This document shows, one piece after another, positions 50,833-64,000 of a stretch of 64,000 bases of DNA (position 1 is the first letter of the stretch; every line of letters begins with the position of its first letter). The stretch comes from Octopus vulgaris. Taxonomy: Eukaryota. A model generated the notes under the pieces. The model had not been told where the DNA came from and made no database searches. It saw nothing but the letters and a program-made list of their open reading frames with translations. The stretch covers positions 5,208,001 to 5,272,000 of the forward strand of contig OX597820.1 of NCBI GenBank assembly GCA_951406725.2. The letters are read 5' to 3'. Both the position numbers and the translations under genes were made by a program.

Positions 50833-51790
50833 CTTTTGTACAGTCAGCTTGTAATATTGTCCACTCATTGCCCTCTATGCCAGCCCCTTGCTCTACAGCC
50901 CTTTACTCTTCCGTCCAAGATACTACTTTCCAGACTTCTGCTTCTTCGAACATGGCCACAGTAGATGAGCTTTTGTTTATTTCTCAATGTTCGAGAGTTG
51001 CCTTTCCTTTATATGTTGTAACACCTATGTCAACCCATTTATAAATTGGCATAGATGGGTGCAACGATAGTTCCCATCGCAGTCCCTGATATTTGTCGTT
51101 ATACTGGACCACCAATAACATTTTCAATGCGTTCTGGTAGTTCATATTAGTATCAAGTCAATATTGAGCTCCCCACCTGCCGTGCCACTTTTGTACAGTC
51201 AGCTTGTAATATTGTCCACTCATTGCCCTCTATGACAGCCCCTTGCTCTACGGCCCTTTACTCTTCCTTCCAAGATACTACTTTCCAGACTTCTGCTTCT
51301 TCGAACATGGCCACAATAGATGAGATTTTGTTTCTTTCTCATTATTCGAGAGTTTTCTTTCCTCTATAAGTTGTAACACCCATTCATTCGCTGGTGGTCC
51401 TTGTAGGAGGCCCGTAATATTCTCCTGTACACCTACTTTTCGAACGCATTTATTATGTTCTCTCCGAGTTTGTTCAGCTTTCATGATTCGCAAACATAAA
51501 TGCCCATTGTTCGAATGAGAGTTTCCACTGACCTCGTTTTTAACGTAATTGGGACACTTTTGCTGTTCCAGATGATATTAAGCTTTCCATGGACGTTCTT
51601 ACCATGATTAGACTTGTCCTGATTTCTTTCTTACTTGTGACTCCATCAATGATTTGATCTCCAAGATACTTATACAACTCAACATGTCCAGCCTGTCGCT
51701 GCTCAGCTTCAAATTAAGATTTACTTTCACTTTTTTACTACCACAATCTTTGTTTTCACATTGTTGAGATAAGGAACATGGCTATTTGAC
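50833..51790 (-). pseudogene. Decayed RTE-clade LINE 3' portion with duplicated 3' block
   Basis: Minus-strand remnants YKYLGDQI and YCGHVRRSRSLESSILEGRVKGRRARG; about 190-bp block repeated at about 50833-51025 and 51188-51380. Confidence 0.72.
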
Positions 51791-52353
51791 ATTTCCCATA
51801 TCATTTCAATAGAATGTCGAAACAATTACATGATCTGTGTTTATTCGGATGCAGGACCCGCTATAATAAATCTTAATTACAGATCATCGGGAGATGGCAT
51901 CACAAGCATCTCTTATAGACGCTTTTGTATATATTGGAGGGTAAATCAGTGAAATTGCATCTAAAATTTCGTAGGTAATCAAATTCTAACTACTCAAACG
52001 GCACTTATTCAATAAAGACAGTAGATTTTTTTTATTCATTATAGTTGTCTATTTTTCATAGTAATTGATATTTTCTTATAACTTATGCACAACTTGTGCA
52101 TGATATTCCGCATCCATAAACCAAAATGCTTAGCGGCATTTCTGTACGTTCCGAGTTCGAATTCTGCTGAGGTCGTTAAAATAAGCCCTAGATGAGAACT
52201 GGGGTCGATGTAATTGACAAGCCCATTTCTCCGAAATTACTGGCAATGATAACAGCAGAGGAACATTTATTAGCTTCTTTAATAGAAATTTCAACCTCTT
52301 ATTGGAGATTATCGACATTCGATTTTATATTCTTATTTGCACATATTTCCACA

Positions 52354-52385
<32 letters not shown>

Positions 52386-53098
52386 CTGAAAGAGAGAGAG
52401 AAAGAGAGAGAAAGAGAGAGAGACAGAAGGAGAGACAGAGGGAGAGAGAGAGGGGAGAGAGAGAGAGGGAGAAGGAGAGAGGGAGAAGGAGAGAGGGAGA
52501 GAGAGTGAGAGAGAGATAAATGAGAGGAATAACAGTGAAAAAATTGAAAACAGAGAATAAAAAATACCTCAATAATTGTTCTAGAATTATACTTTGCTTT
52601 TCTGTTGAAATTCAAATATTTTGTGGCTAATAGTTCCTCGTTTGACGAAATTTCCAGACTCAGTGAAAAACATGAAGCAATTTTCTCAGTACATTCGGAA
52701 CCAATTACAAAAGCCGTTCATTGAACATTTAACCTCACAAGATAATCGATGTAGACAAAATTTTCGTCACTCGTTCGCTTGTTTTCTTTTTTACATATGA
52801 AGGAAAAAAAAATTAACGAAAACTTTTTCTCAAGTTATCTTATCTTTAGAAAAATGTTTCATCGATGGCTTTATCATGCGAATATATTGATCGTTAAGCT
52901 AAAATGTAATTTAGAATATTTTCCCAAATATTTTGTTTTGTGGCCACGAAACAACATTAATTCTGAACATCTTTTTCAATGTGCAACTATTATAACCTTT
53001 GATCTCAGTTTGATATGTGCCACATTATATCTCAGCCTTGGAGTCACTTTTGTATTAATATAAAGTATGTATGTATGTATGTATGTATGTATGTATGT

Positions 53099-53356
53099 GT
53101 GGAGGCGCAATGGCCTAGTGGTTAGAGCAGCGGACTCGCGGTCGTAGGATCGCGGTTTCGATTCCTAGACCGGGCGTTGTGAGTGTTTATTGAGCGAAAA
53201 CACCTGTACTCTTTCACCACTCTTTCTCCCACTCTTTCTTCTGTTGGCCTGCTCGCTTAACCAGCGGGGTGGCGTCATTTGAAGGCTAAAACAATGCGAG
53301 TGCATTGTGACCAGCGATGTGTAGCAACATCTGATAGTCTGGTCGGACACGGTGAC
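53099..53356 (+). mobile_element. SINE family S3 head with a different tail
   Basis: Head near-identical to the 3815 copy; tail ggcctgctcgcttaaccagcggggtggcg is unrelated. Confidence 0.85.
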
Positions 53357-53733
53357 GTTGACGATGTATGTATGTATGTATGTATGTATGTTTGTATGTA
53401 TGTATGTATGTATGTGTGTATGTATATGTTTATATATATATATGTATATACACTGCTTGTATTAACACCTTTTCAATGGCCGTTCTTTTGCTATTAGCTT
53501 TTGGTGAAGGAGTGATTTCGATATCGCTGGCCTCTTTTGAGTTTCTTGCCGTGGTTGTAGGCTCATCTGGGACTTTGCCCTGCAGAAGGTCAGGTTGCTT
53601 CTTGAAGACATCTACTCCTCTACTCCATGTAGATCTCTCATATGTCTTGGCAAGATATTAAATGGATGTCGACATCTATTTAGTGTCTTGCCAAAACATG
53701 AGAGAGATTCATGTCGACATTTGGATCCCATGC

Positions 53734-53765
<32 letters not shown>

Positions 53766-54696
53766 ATATGTATGTGTGTAAATATCTGCGTACGTATGTA
53801 TATATGTATTGAAAGATGTCTACGGGGGTATATGTATTCGTATGTACGTGTCTACATACACACATGTAAATAGCTGGTGTCAATAAATTTTTAATTGTAT
53901 CTGAACTGATTGCAGCGGGGGTGGGGGGTAAAATAAAAACAAATTAAATTCAAGTAGATAATTACAATCGGATGTAAATACGGCAAAGTGATATATTCTG
54001 TAATTTCTATTATCACAATAGATTAGAAATTAATTAACCTGGAGTTAATGAGGTCATTGTCTGGCGGATGACGTTGAAGTAATTAAGGGGTTCGTTCAGA
54101 AATGTTGAAGCTCCTTGTGAGAAAATTAATACCCAGTTCCACTTTGGTCGATATTTTATAAATTACGCAGAAATAAAATGTCATTTTAATAGAGTTTACA
54201 CCGGTCAGACGAACTACAGTCCGTGGGCCGCATACAGCGTCTGGGCCTCAGGCAGCCTGGGGAATTTTTCTGAAAGGCAAGTCTAAAGAAAAATTACAAT
54301 GAAATAGTATAGTAGTAGAGACACCGCCTCCACGCCTTGATGATGTGCCATATCTTATGCGGCACATTTCTCGAAATCTGATGTCTTGCTTTATACGCAC
54401 AAGTATTCTCTGTCATACACGTGTTTATATGCGTGCGAGTGCGCATTCTTTTATTCTTTTATTCTGTTATTTGATTCAGTTGGCTGCGGCCATGCTGGGA
54501 CTCAGCCATGAAGGGTTTAGTCGAACAAATCAAACCCATTACTTATTTTAAAGCATGTTACTTATTCTACCCGTCTCTTTTCCCGAAACGTTACATTACA
54601 GAAACGTAAACCAACCGACACCGGTCGTCAAGCGATGTTTGGACACACGCAAGCTCGCGTGCACACACAGATGTAGACACACATACACGCACACAT

Positions 54697-54727
<31 letters not shown>

Positions 54728-54786
54728 GTCACCCGCAGAGACAGACAGATAGACACACACACACATACACACGTTTTCTTTTTCTT

Positions 54787-55017
54787 ACCTATTTATTTAC
54801 TACCCATAAGGGGCTAAACACAGAGAGGTCAAACAAGGACAGACAAACGGATTAAGTCGATTATATCGACCCCAGTGCGTAACTGGTCCTTAATTTATCG
54901 ACTTCGAAAGGATGAAAGGCAAAGTGGACCTCGGCGGAATTTGAACTCAGAACGTAACGGCAGACGAAATACCGCTAGGCATTTCGCCCGGCGTGCTAAC
55001 ATTTCTGCCAGCTCACC
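54787..55017 (-). mobile_element. SINE family S2
   Basis: Reverse complement of the 62011 copy. Confidence 0.87.
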
Positions 55018-55273
55018 AGTGCAGTCACTCTTCTTGTTTCTCATCTGATATGGATGACGCCACATCTCTTCCCCACGCCTTTGTGCAAAGTACGATGGAA
55101 TCGCCTGCAATCGAAGGTTCAGGAAAGACAGATCTCGCTTATGATGATTTGTCGCTTGTTAGCACTGAGCTCAGTAGAGGACCACTGAGTGCATAAGACT
55201 CTTAAGAACAGACCTATCCATCCATGCACCCATCCATCCATGCATCCACCCATCTATCTATCTATCTATCTAA

Positions 55274-55310
<37 letters not shown>

Positions 55311-55573
55311 ATGTGGTAACATGTAACATTATTGCTCGAGGTTACCGTGGTCTTTTCCGTAGGTTTTTCTTTCCACAGATAAACTTAATCTGTTTCCCCT
55401 TTTTACACTTTGACGTTTGTGATACACGATCCTTATTGATCGGCTATTTTTTTACGATCCCTATTGATCAAATTCTACTCTTTCTCTTTTTTCCCTCCTC
55501 TTCCCAAAAAGAAAAGCTCTACTTTGTATTTTGTCCCCTCTGTGTCCAGACCTGAGGGGCCAATAAAGAAACA

Positions 55574-55646
<73 letters not shown>

Positions 55647-55796
55647 GTCTATCTCTCTCTCTCTGTCTCTCTCTCTGTCTCTCTCTCTCTCTCTATCTAT
55701 CTATCTGTCTGTCTGTCTGTCTGTCTATGTATCTATACACACATTCACACAAACACGATCATTTATGAAAAAGAAATCAAATCCTACCCAGAATCA

Positions 55797-55829
<33 letters not shown>

Positions 55830-56002
55830 GTATCATTCTTCTCCTCCTTCTTCTTCTTCTTCTTCTTCTTCTTCTTCTTCTTCTTCTTCTTCTTCTTCTT
55901 CTTCTTCTTCTCCTCCTCCTTCTTCTTCTTCTTCTTCTTCTTCTTCTTCTTCTTCTTCTCCTCCTCCTCCTCCTCCTCCTCCTCCTCCTTCTTCTTCTTC
56001 TT

Positions 56003-56033
<31 letters not shown>

Positions 56034-56054
56034 TTCTTCTTCTTCTTCTTCTTA

Positions 56055-56085
<31 letters not shown>

Positions 56086-56601
56086 TTTATTTCCCTTTCT
56101 TTTTATCGTTTCATTTCGCAGTTCTTCTCCAGAAAACGTTGCTTCACTCTGCGTGAGCTGTGTTGCTGGAAACGTTTCAGCTTTCTCCAACCACCACCAC
56201 CACCACTACCACTACCACCACCATCACCACCACCACCACCACCACCATCACCACTACCACTACCACTGAATAACCGTCACTAAATTAAAATCCACTCCTT
56301 CTTTAATAGCTATAATATAGCAACGGTATTATTGCTTCGTCTGCTCATGGCCACCCCCCCCGAACCCTGTCTCCCCTCCCCCTCCAGCTACGCATGCTAC
56401 TGGTGTTAAGGCAGTAATAAACGCCCTTCTCTCTTCTAATTAATGGACATATTCCGCTTTTGAGGTTTTTCATTCAGCGAACCTTATAAAATTATCTTGG
56501 CATAAAAATGTGCACTTATACTAGTGCTTACCGAAGAAATAAAACCATCACCATCACCATCGTTAACATCACCATCATCACAACCATCATTATAATCGCT
56601 G

Positions 56602-56639
<38 letters not shown>

Positions 56640-56931
56640 GTCGTCGTCGTCGTCATATCAACAACATTGTCTTAATTATATTTCGCCGACATCAAAAGTA
56701 TCTTTTCTCTCTCATAACCAACGGTGCGAAACACCCTCTAGATTATCTCCCTTGATACAGTTGAGACGTTTCTTTCGCCATCTTTGCTGGTTTTCGACTT
56801 GTTGCTGTTGTTGTTGTTGCTGTTGTTTTTGTTTCTTCTTCCTTAATTCCTTGTGGCGTCAACGAGACTCTAAACTCCATCACTGTTAATCGTAAGTAGA
56901 ATAGGCTAACAATACAACTTGAAAGAATGTC

Positions 56932-56979
<48 letters not shown>

Positions 56980-57139
56980 CATACATACATACATACACAC
57001 ATACATACATACATACATACATACATACATACATACACACATACACGCACATGTATATATGTATTCACACATTCACACAAACACATATACAAAAACACAG
57101 ACACTCACACACATAAATTTAAATGAATACGTCTATAGA

Positions 57140-57229
57140 TATATAATAATAATGATGATGATGATGATGATGATAATAATAAAAATAATAATTAACATTA
57201 CCATTATTGTTATTATCATTACCGTTATC

Positions 57230-57278
<49 letters not shown>

Positions 57279-57637
57279 GATTTTGCTGTTATTGTTGTTT
57301 TTGTTTCTATCTTCTTCCTTTTACAATCCCTTCTCGTCCTCATTATCGTCACCACCACCACCACCACAACCACCACCACCACAACCACTACCGCCACCGC
57401 CACCGCCGCCGCCGCCGCTCTCCCACCGTAACCTTCCCATCTACTATGATCTCCATAAACATTATCATCACCATCATCATCATCATCACCATCATTATCA
57501 TCATCATCATCATCATCATCATTATCATCATTATCATCATCATCATCACCATCACCATCATCATCATCATCAACATCATCATCATCACCACCACCATCAT
57601 CATCATCATCGTCGTCATCATCATCACCACCATCATC

Positions 57638-57695
<58 letters not shown>

Positions 57696-57720
57696 CCATC
57701 GTCGTCGTCATCGCCATTAA
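57140..57720. repeat. Composite (ATT)n/(CAC)n/(CAT)n microsatellite
   Basis: Direct reading. Confidence 0.93.
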
Positions 57721-58006
57721 TATCGCCCTCATAACGATCATTCCCCCTCCTTTCCGCCTCCCCCCCAATTCTGGTTGCTATTGCCTTCGTTTCTCATTGT
57801 TGTTGCTGCTGTTGTTGTACCTATTAGCTCCGTTGTTGATTTTCCTCGTTAAATGTAAACTCATAGCAGCAGCGTTCTTTAAGTAAGTTGTTGCTAATTT
57901 AAACGTCATCCTCATTAGCACCTCGTTGTTATTGCAGATGGGGGCGCCGTGGGGGTGCAGTGATTGCAAAGATATTATACCTCCCAATTCTCACACTAAC
58001 ATCCTC

Positions 58007-58139
<133 letters not shown>

Positions 58140-58152
58140 CATATATATATAT

Positions 58153-58219
<67 letters not shown>

Positions 58220-58241
58220 CATTTATATATATATATATATA

Positions 58242-58651
58242 GGCGCAGGAGTGACTGTGTGGTAAGTAGCTTGCTAACCAACCACATGGTTCAGGGTTCA
58301 GTCCCGCATCTTGGGCAAGTGTCTTCTGCTATAGCCCCTGGCCGACCAATGCCTTGTGAGTGGATTTGGTAGACGGAAACTGAAAGAAGCCTGTCGTATA
58401 TATGTATATATATATACAAGTGTGTGTGTATATGTTTGTGTGTCTGTGTTTGTCCCTCTAGCATTGCTTGACAACCGATGCTGGTGTGTTTACGTCTCCG
58501 TCACTTAGCGGTTCGGCAAAACAGACCGATAGAATAAGTACTGGGCTTACAAAGAATAAGTCCCGGGGTCGATTTGCTCGACTAAAGGCGGTGCTCCAGC
58601 ATGGCCGCAGTCAAATGACTGAAACAAGTAAAAGAGTAAAAGAGTAAAGAG
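58242..58651 (+). mobile_element. Full-length SINE family S1
   Basis: Colinear with 32756-33159. Confidence 0.9.
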
Positions 58652-58893
58652 TATATGTATATATATACACACACACACACACACACATATCTGTATGTAT
58701 ATACGCATACATATACATTTACATAAAGCTACATACGCAGACAAACACACACATACACACACACATACAGTAATCTGTAGATCTCTCGTAAAGCGAAAAC
58801 TCGTAAAACAGAGCAATAATTTCCCATAGTAGCAACGTTATAAAACGTATTACCTTCCCAGAAAAATATTTTCCCTATAAGATTTATAATATA

Positions 58894-59725
58894 GGCGCAG
58901 GAGCGGGTGTGTGGTAAGACGCTTGCTTACCAACCACACGTCCCGGGTTCAGTCTCATTGCATGCCACCTTCGCCAAGTGTCTTCTGCTATAGCCTCGGG
59001 TCGATCAAAGCCTTGTGAGTGGATTTTAGTAGATGGAAGCTGAAAAAAGGCTGTTGCATATATATTTATATATATATATATATATATATGTATACCAAAA
59101 ATTAATTTGCGAAGGTGTCATTAATTCTATTATTATCCAATGTAACTATTTTTAAAATGCTAATAACAGAATCAATGACACAGGTGATAGCAGGCCAAAA
59201 ATGGCATTAAATAGCCGAGGGATTAAGATTAATCAAAGGACATACTAGGTATGTCAACCTGCTTGAAATAACAGTCAAAACTCTTAATATTAAATCGCCG
59301 AAAAATACACCGGTGAAAAACTACAGAAATCAAACGAAGGCAAAATCAGGTTAAGATAAACTACTAACATACATTTAAGTATTAGGACTCACGTGGATCG
59401 ATTTCTGCATTGGTAAAGACCTTAGCTTCTTCAGCACGTGTTACCATTATTAGAGACTCCCAACCCATCGCATCGAAGTCTGTGCTATAATAAATATATA
59501 TGTATATATATATATATGTATATATGTATGTATTTGTCCCCCATCATCACCTGACAACCGATTTTGGTGTGTCTACGTCCCCGTAACTTAGCGTTTCGGC
59601 AAAAGAGTACCGATAGAATAAGTACCAGTCTTACAAAGAATGAGTCCTGGGACGGGGGGCGTTTTGTTCGACTAAATGCGGTACTCCAGCATGGCCGCAG
59701 TGAAATGACTGAAAGAAGTAAAATA
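58894..59725 (+). mobile_element. S1 SINE interrupted by an approximately 400-bp hammerhead-bearing insert
   Basis: Head 58894-59060, insert about 59089-59490, tail about 59530-59725. Confidence 0.75.
59390..59440 (-). ncRNA. Minimal type I hammerhead-like motif
   Basis: Minus strand CACGTG-CTGAAGA-aGC..GGTctttACC..GCa-GAAA-TCGA-TC-CACGTG. Confidence 0.65.
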
Positions 59726-60296
59726 ATAAAGGAACAAAAGAATGTTCGTAAATAAATAGCAATAAAACAACCGCAGAATGTGAAGAATATTCTATGTAAG
59801 GTGCAAAGAATGACAAGATCATGTAGAATAAAAAATATTATTATAAACGTTTTCTGAATGACTTTCACTCGCACGAGACTCGCGCACACCGATTCACAAG
59901 CACTCGTAGACGGACTTGCGGATTTCTTTTTAAAAAAACCAAGTCTAGAATTGTTTGCTTAGAAGAAGCTTTTTCTTTCGCTCTCTATAAATTGTTTGGT
60001 TACAGGCGGAAGCATTTGTTATGGTTGTAGAAACTTTTGTACTTCGTTCAAAATTTAGATCTTGTGCTTGAAAAATAAACTCATAAACCCCGGGTCTCGT
60101 AAAGTGGAACCTCGTAAAGTGAGGTATTACTCTGTCTGTGTGTTTGTGTGTGTATATATATATATATATATACACGTATAAATATACACGTATGTTTGTA
60201 TATGTATGTATATGTATGTGTATATATATATATATATGTGTGTGTATATATGATATATAGATATATATATATATATTATGTATATATATATATATA

Positions 60297-60346
<50 letters not shown>

Positions 60347-60354
60347 TATATGTA

Positions 60355-60408
<54 letters not shown>

Positions 60409-60414
60409 TATAGG

Positions 60415-61212
60415 TTATAAAATGAGATAGGGGTTGAAAATTCAACCCACCACGGGATAACATATATCCAAATATACTGCTAGATAGGTACCCAACAAGG
60501 CTAATACATAGATGTTAAAAATTGCCAAACAATCAGTTCATCTATTGTATTATATGGGCAAAGGTAATAATATTACCGTAAATTAATACTACAAAATTAG
60601 AAAATGGAGAAACATACTTAAATCAATAAAACATCAACTATCAGATGATACCCAATCAATACTTTATTACACCATTACATAGCAGTAAAGGTATTATACA
60701 AAATATACAGTAAATGTAAATAGACAAGGAAATATAAGTATAAAATATAATATGTAATTAAATCATATCTGACAGCTGTTTCGGCAGCAAGGGCAGTCAT
60801 ACCTCATTTAACCTATAAGCCATAAAGGCAGGTATAAATGAGGCATTAACAAGGATGCCCCACGGCCTCTTCAGAGAATTTAATTTGTTATAATTGTGAA
60901 AAAATTATTTTTCCATATACATATAAATATAAAAATATAAAAATGTAAAATATAAAAACTTGTGCATAAACTTCATAATGCTACACTTATATAATATAAT
61001 ACTCATTGGTACAATAATGCAAGGTAAACAAAACAAAATAAAACAAAATATATATCAGTGTATATATTAATATTAATAAGTACAGTTATTATACATATTT
61101 GGCTAATAGTTTTAAAAAACTAACACATAGGGAGATGAAAAATAATAATTAAAACCATGGTTCAGTTCATAAAATTATAAAGCTATAAAAGTCAATAAAA
61201 ATTACTATTAAT

Positions 61213-61246
<34 letters not shown>

Positions 61247-61516
61247 GATACAGTTATGTTTGCACCAAGTCCATCCTTTCAAGATCGAAATAACTATGAG
61301 TTTAGAAATTCTGACCACTAGGTAATGACAGATATGATTTAATTACATATTATATTTTATATTTTATACTTATATTTCCTTGTCTATTTACATTTACTGT
61401 ATATTTTGTATAATGCCTTTACTGATATGTAATGGTGTAATAAAGTATTGATTGGGTATCATCGGATAGTTGATGTTTTATTGATTTAAGTATGTTTCTC
61501 CATTTTCTAATTTTGT
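60415..61516. mobile_element. Non-coding PLE-like element with inverted repeat
   Basis: Arms 60591-60771 and 61329-61516; long (TA)n on both flanks. Confidence 0.8.
60768..60877 (-). ncRNA. Type I hammerhead with 85-nt stem II domain
   Basis: Minus strand TCT-CTGAAGA-GGC...GCC-GAAA-CAGCTG-TC-AGA; stem II includes GGGCA/TGCCC and CCTCATTTA/TAAATGAGG. Confidence 0.75.
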
Positions 61517-61594
<78 letters not shown>

Positions 61595-62010
61595 TATATA
61601 TAAATATATATATCTTAATATCTTATATACATATATACGTATACAAATCTCTCCATTTTCTTACATAAGAATATCTGACACACGCACACCCCTACATACA
61701 CACATACAGGCCTACACACAACCATGCACATACACATTTAGTACACACGATTGAAGTATATAAATATTTCTATCCGATGAAAATATCGTCCACTTAACAG
61801 TTCCAGCCGTCCTCATTTCTTGTCTTGAATTCTAGAATCCCAGCACGGAGAAACGTAAGTAAAAATCATCTTTCACTCTGTCATTCTTACCTACGCGTGC
61901 AAAAATAAATGCATACATATATGCATACTAATATGTTTGTGTGTGTGTGTATGTGTGTGTGTGTACGCGCGCGTTCGTGTGTATGGGTTACGGTTAATTA
62001 TATCCTATAA

Positions 62011-62427
62011 GGCGGCGAGCTGGCAGAAACGTTAGCACGCCTGGCGAAATGCTTAGCTGTAATTCGTCTGTCGTTACGTTCTGAGTTCAAATTCCGCCGA
62101 GGTAGACTTTGCCTTTCATCCTTTCTGGGTCGATAAATAAAGAACCAGTTTCGCACTGGGGTCGATGTAATCGACTTAATCCCTTGGTCTGTCCTTGTTT
62201 GTCCCCTCCGTGTTTAGCCCCTTGTGGGTAATAAAGAAATAGGTATTTTGTCTGCCTCTACGTTCTGAGTTCAAATTCCGCCGAGGTCGACTTTGCCTTT
62301 TATCCTTTCGGGGTCGATAAATAAAGAACCAGTTTCGCACTGGGGTCGATGTAATCGACTTAATCATTTTGTCTGTCCTTGTTTGTCCCCTCTGTGTTTA
62401 GCCCCTTGTGGGTAGTAAAGAAATAGG
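62011..62427 (+). mobile_element. SINE family S2 with duplicated body
   Basis: GGCGGCGAGCTGGCAGAAACGTTAGC head; body repeated twice. Confidence 0.9.
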
Positions 62428-62597
62428 TTAATTATATCTTATATATTTACCATGGTTCTTTGTCTGTCTTTGTCAAGATGCATCTCAGTGTACGTCTCTC
62501 AGCATCAGGCAATCAAGCAGCGAAATCGAAAGTCCGTCAAACCGATACAGTTTAACACTGACTAAATTGCTGATGATGTTGTTGCTGTTGTTGTTGA

Positions 62598-62951
62598 GCG
62601 TAGTGGTCTTCGTCCAGTGGGAGAAGTCCGAAACGTGGTCCTTTGCTATTCGTAAGACCCGCAGAAGAGAAAGCAGGTCAACCCCCGACACCGAGAGCAT
62701 CAACGGATGGATGAATGCACATCCAGGCTGAGCGGTTGCGTAGGAAGTCGGGGGACAAGAAACAGGAAAAAAGAGTGAGAGAAAGTTGGAGCGAAAGAGT
62801 ACAACTGGGGTCGCCACCCCTCCTTCCGGAGCCTCGTGGAGCTTTAGGTGTTTTCGCTCAATAAACACACACAACGCCCGGTATGGGAATCGAAACCGCG
62901 ATCCTCCAATGCGAGTCCGCTGCCCTAACGATAGGGCCATTGCGCCTCCAC
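62598..62951 (-). mobile_element. SINE family S3
   Basis: Reverse complement head GGAGGCGCAATGGCCC...GGTTTCGATTCCC. Confidence 0.88.
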
Positions 62952-64000
62952 TGCTGATGATGTGGAATCTACGCTGAAATCTCGTGATACAACACCACCA
63001 TCTTCTTATGCTTACGAAGTTTCAACAGCCAATATAATCTGTGTTTTTTTTAATTTTTATATAACACCTAACGTCTGTACAGATGATTTCTCTGGACGAT
63101 TGCCGCAGTCTACGGCTTTTGTTGAAAATACATCCGAATTAGATGTACAAAACAATATTCGCTGCAAAGACTGCTTCCTTCGCTAATAGCTATTTTACAC
63201 AAAGCCCACCAGACATATGCGACATCATTAATTGTTTAATTAGTGTTGAACTATATCAGTTAAATGGATTTTCGATCGGGCATTCGGTGCTTGGGTCCCT
63301 CTGGTTGAGGAAACGCAAATTACGCTGAAATCAAGTGATGCAACAGTTCTATCCACCGCTGCTGACGACTTTTTATCTGATTACATATCTGAGCGTTTTT
63401 AGCTACCAACGCCTGCAGTAAATGACTTCCCAGGCCGATTACCGCAGTTTACAGCGTTCTTAACAAGTTGCGTTGAATGTGTGTGTATGTGTGCGTATAT
63501 GTGTGTGTGTACATACACACACAACCACACCTTACAGCACTGAAAAGGAACGACACATAAGATAAAGCTGTGTCATACATAGTATTTCTAAATAAAAGGA
63601 AAATATGGTCTGTTAGCGTGTGAATCATCTTCGTTCATTTATCTCCTTCCTCATGACTCGTTTAAACGTTAACAACACCAGATTAGATAATGCAATCCTA
63701 GAATAGCTATTTCTGAATAATACACAGCGTTTTTATAATTAGAACATATTTGAGCTTAGGTCAGCAGGATGAGGACCAGTCTGAATTTTTATAGGAACCA
63801 CAACAGCAAACAAACAAAAGCAACAATTATTGGTTGTTGAAGTGTCATTGATATCTCTTTAGTACAGAGGAGGGTTTGATTAATGTCCTTTGAGAGGCGA
63901 CGAGGCTTCAATGACCTGGTCGATGAGGAGGTTATAAGTTCATGTTTTAAAAAGAAGATCTGTTGGTTCGAATCTTGTATTAATTTAGAAACTAGAGAAC

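Noticed and set aside
54200-54260. hAT-like terminal sequence
   Set aside because: Too short and diverged; no matching opposite end found.
55464-57886. ORFs of 145-319 aa
   Set aside because: Concatenated microsatellite translations (poly-I/H/F/S).

Overview
Repeat-saturated, AT-rich animal genomic DNA. The SINE families and microsatellite load suggest an octopus genome, but this is an inference. No host protein-coding exon can be supported, and almost all listed ORFs are microsatellite read-throughs. Supported content: many tRNA-headed SINEs of three families; a near-intact DD41D (rosa/Visitor-type) Tc1/mariner transposon (34101-35372) nested in a SINE; an internally deleted Tc1; decayed R4/Dong-like, RTE and CR1-group LINE fragments; two Penelope-like (PLE) GIY-YIG remnants; several non-coding foldback/pLTR-like elements sitting in (TA)n tracts; and a 100-N gap. 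The main hidden signal is RNA structure: about 20 hammerhead-ribozyme-like motifs. Six of them (30265, 31137, 35730, 41929, 43119, 47600) carry all three hammerhead core strands in an order that is NOT a circular permutation of types I/II/III: [stemIII-UH-stemI] then [GAAA-stemIII'] then [stemI'-CUGANGA]. They show compensatory changes in stems I and III across divergent copies and a constant 10-nt linker. This is a candidate pseudoknotted, non-circularly permuted hammerhead in a non-coding retroelement family. Structures were paired by eye and activity is untested.
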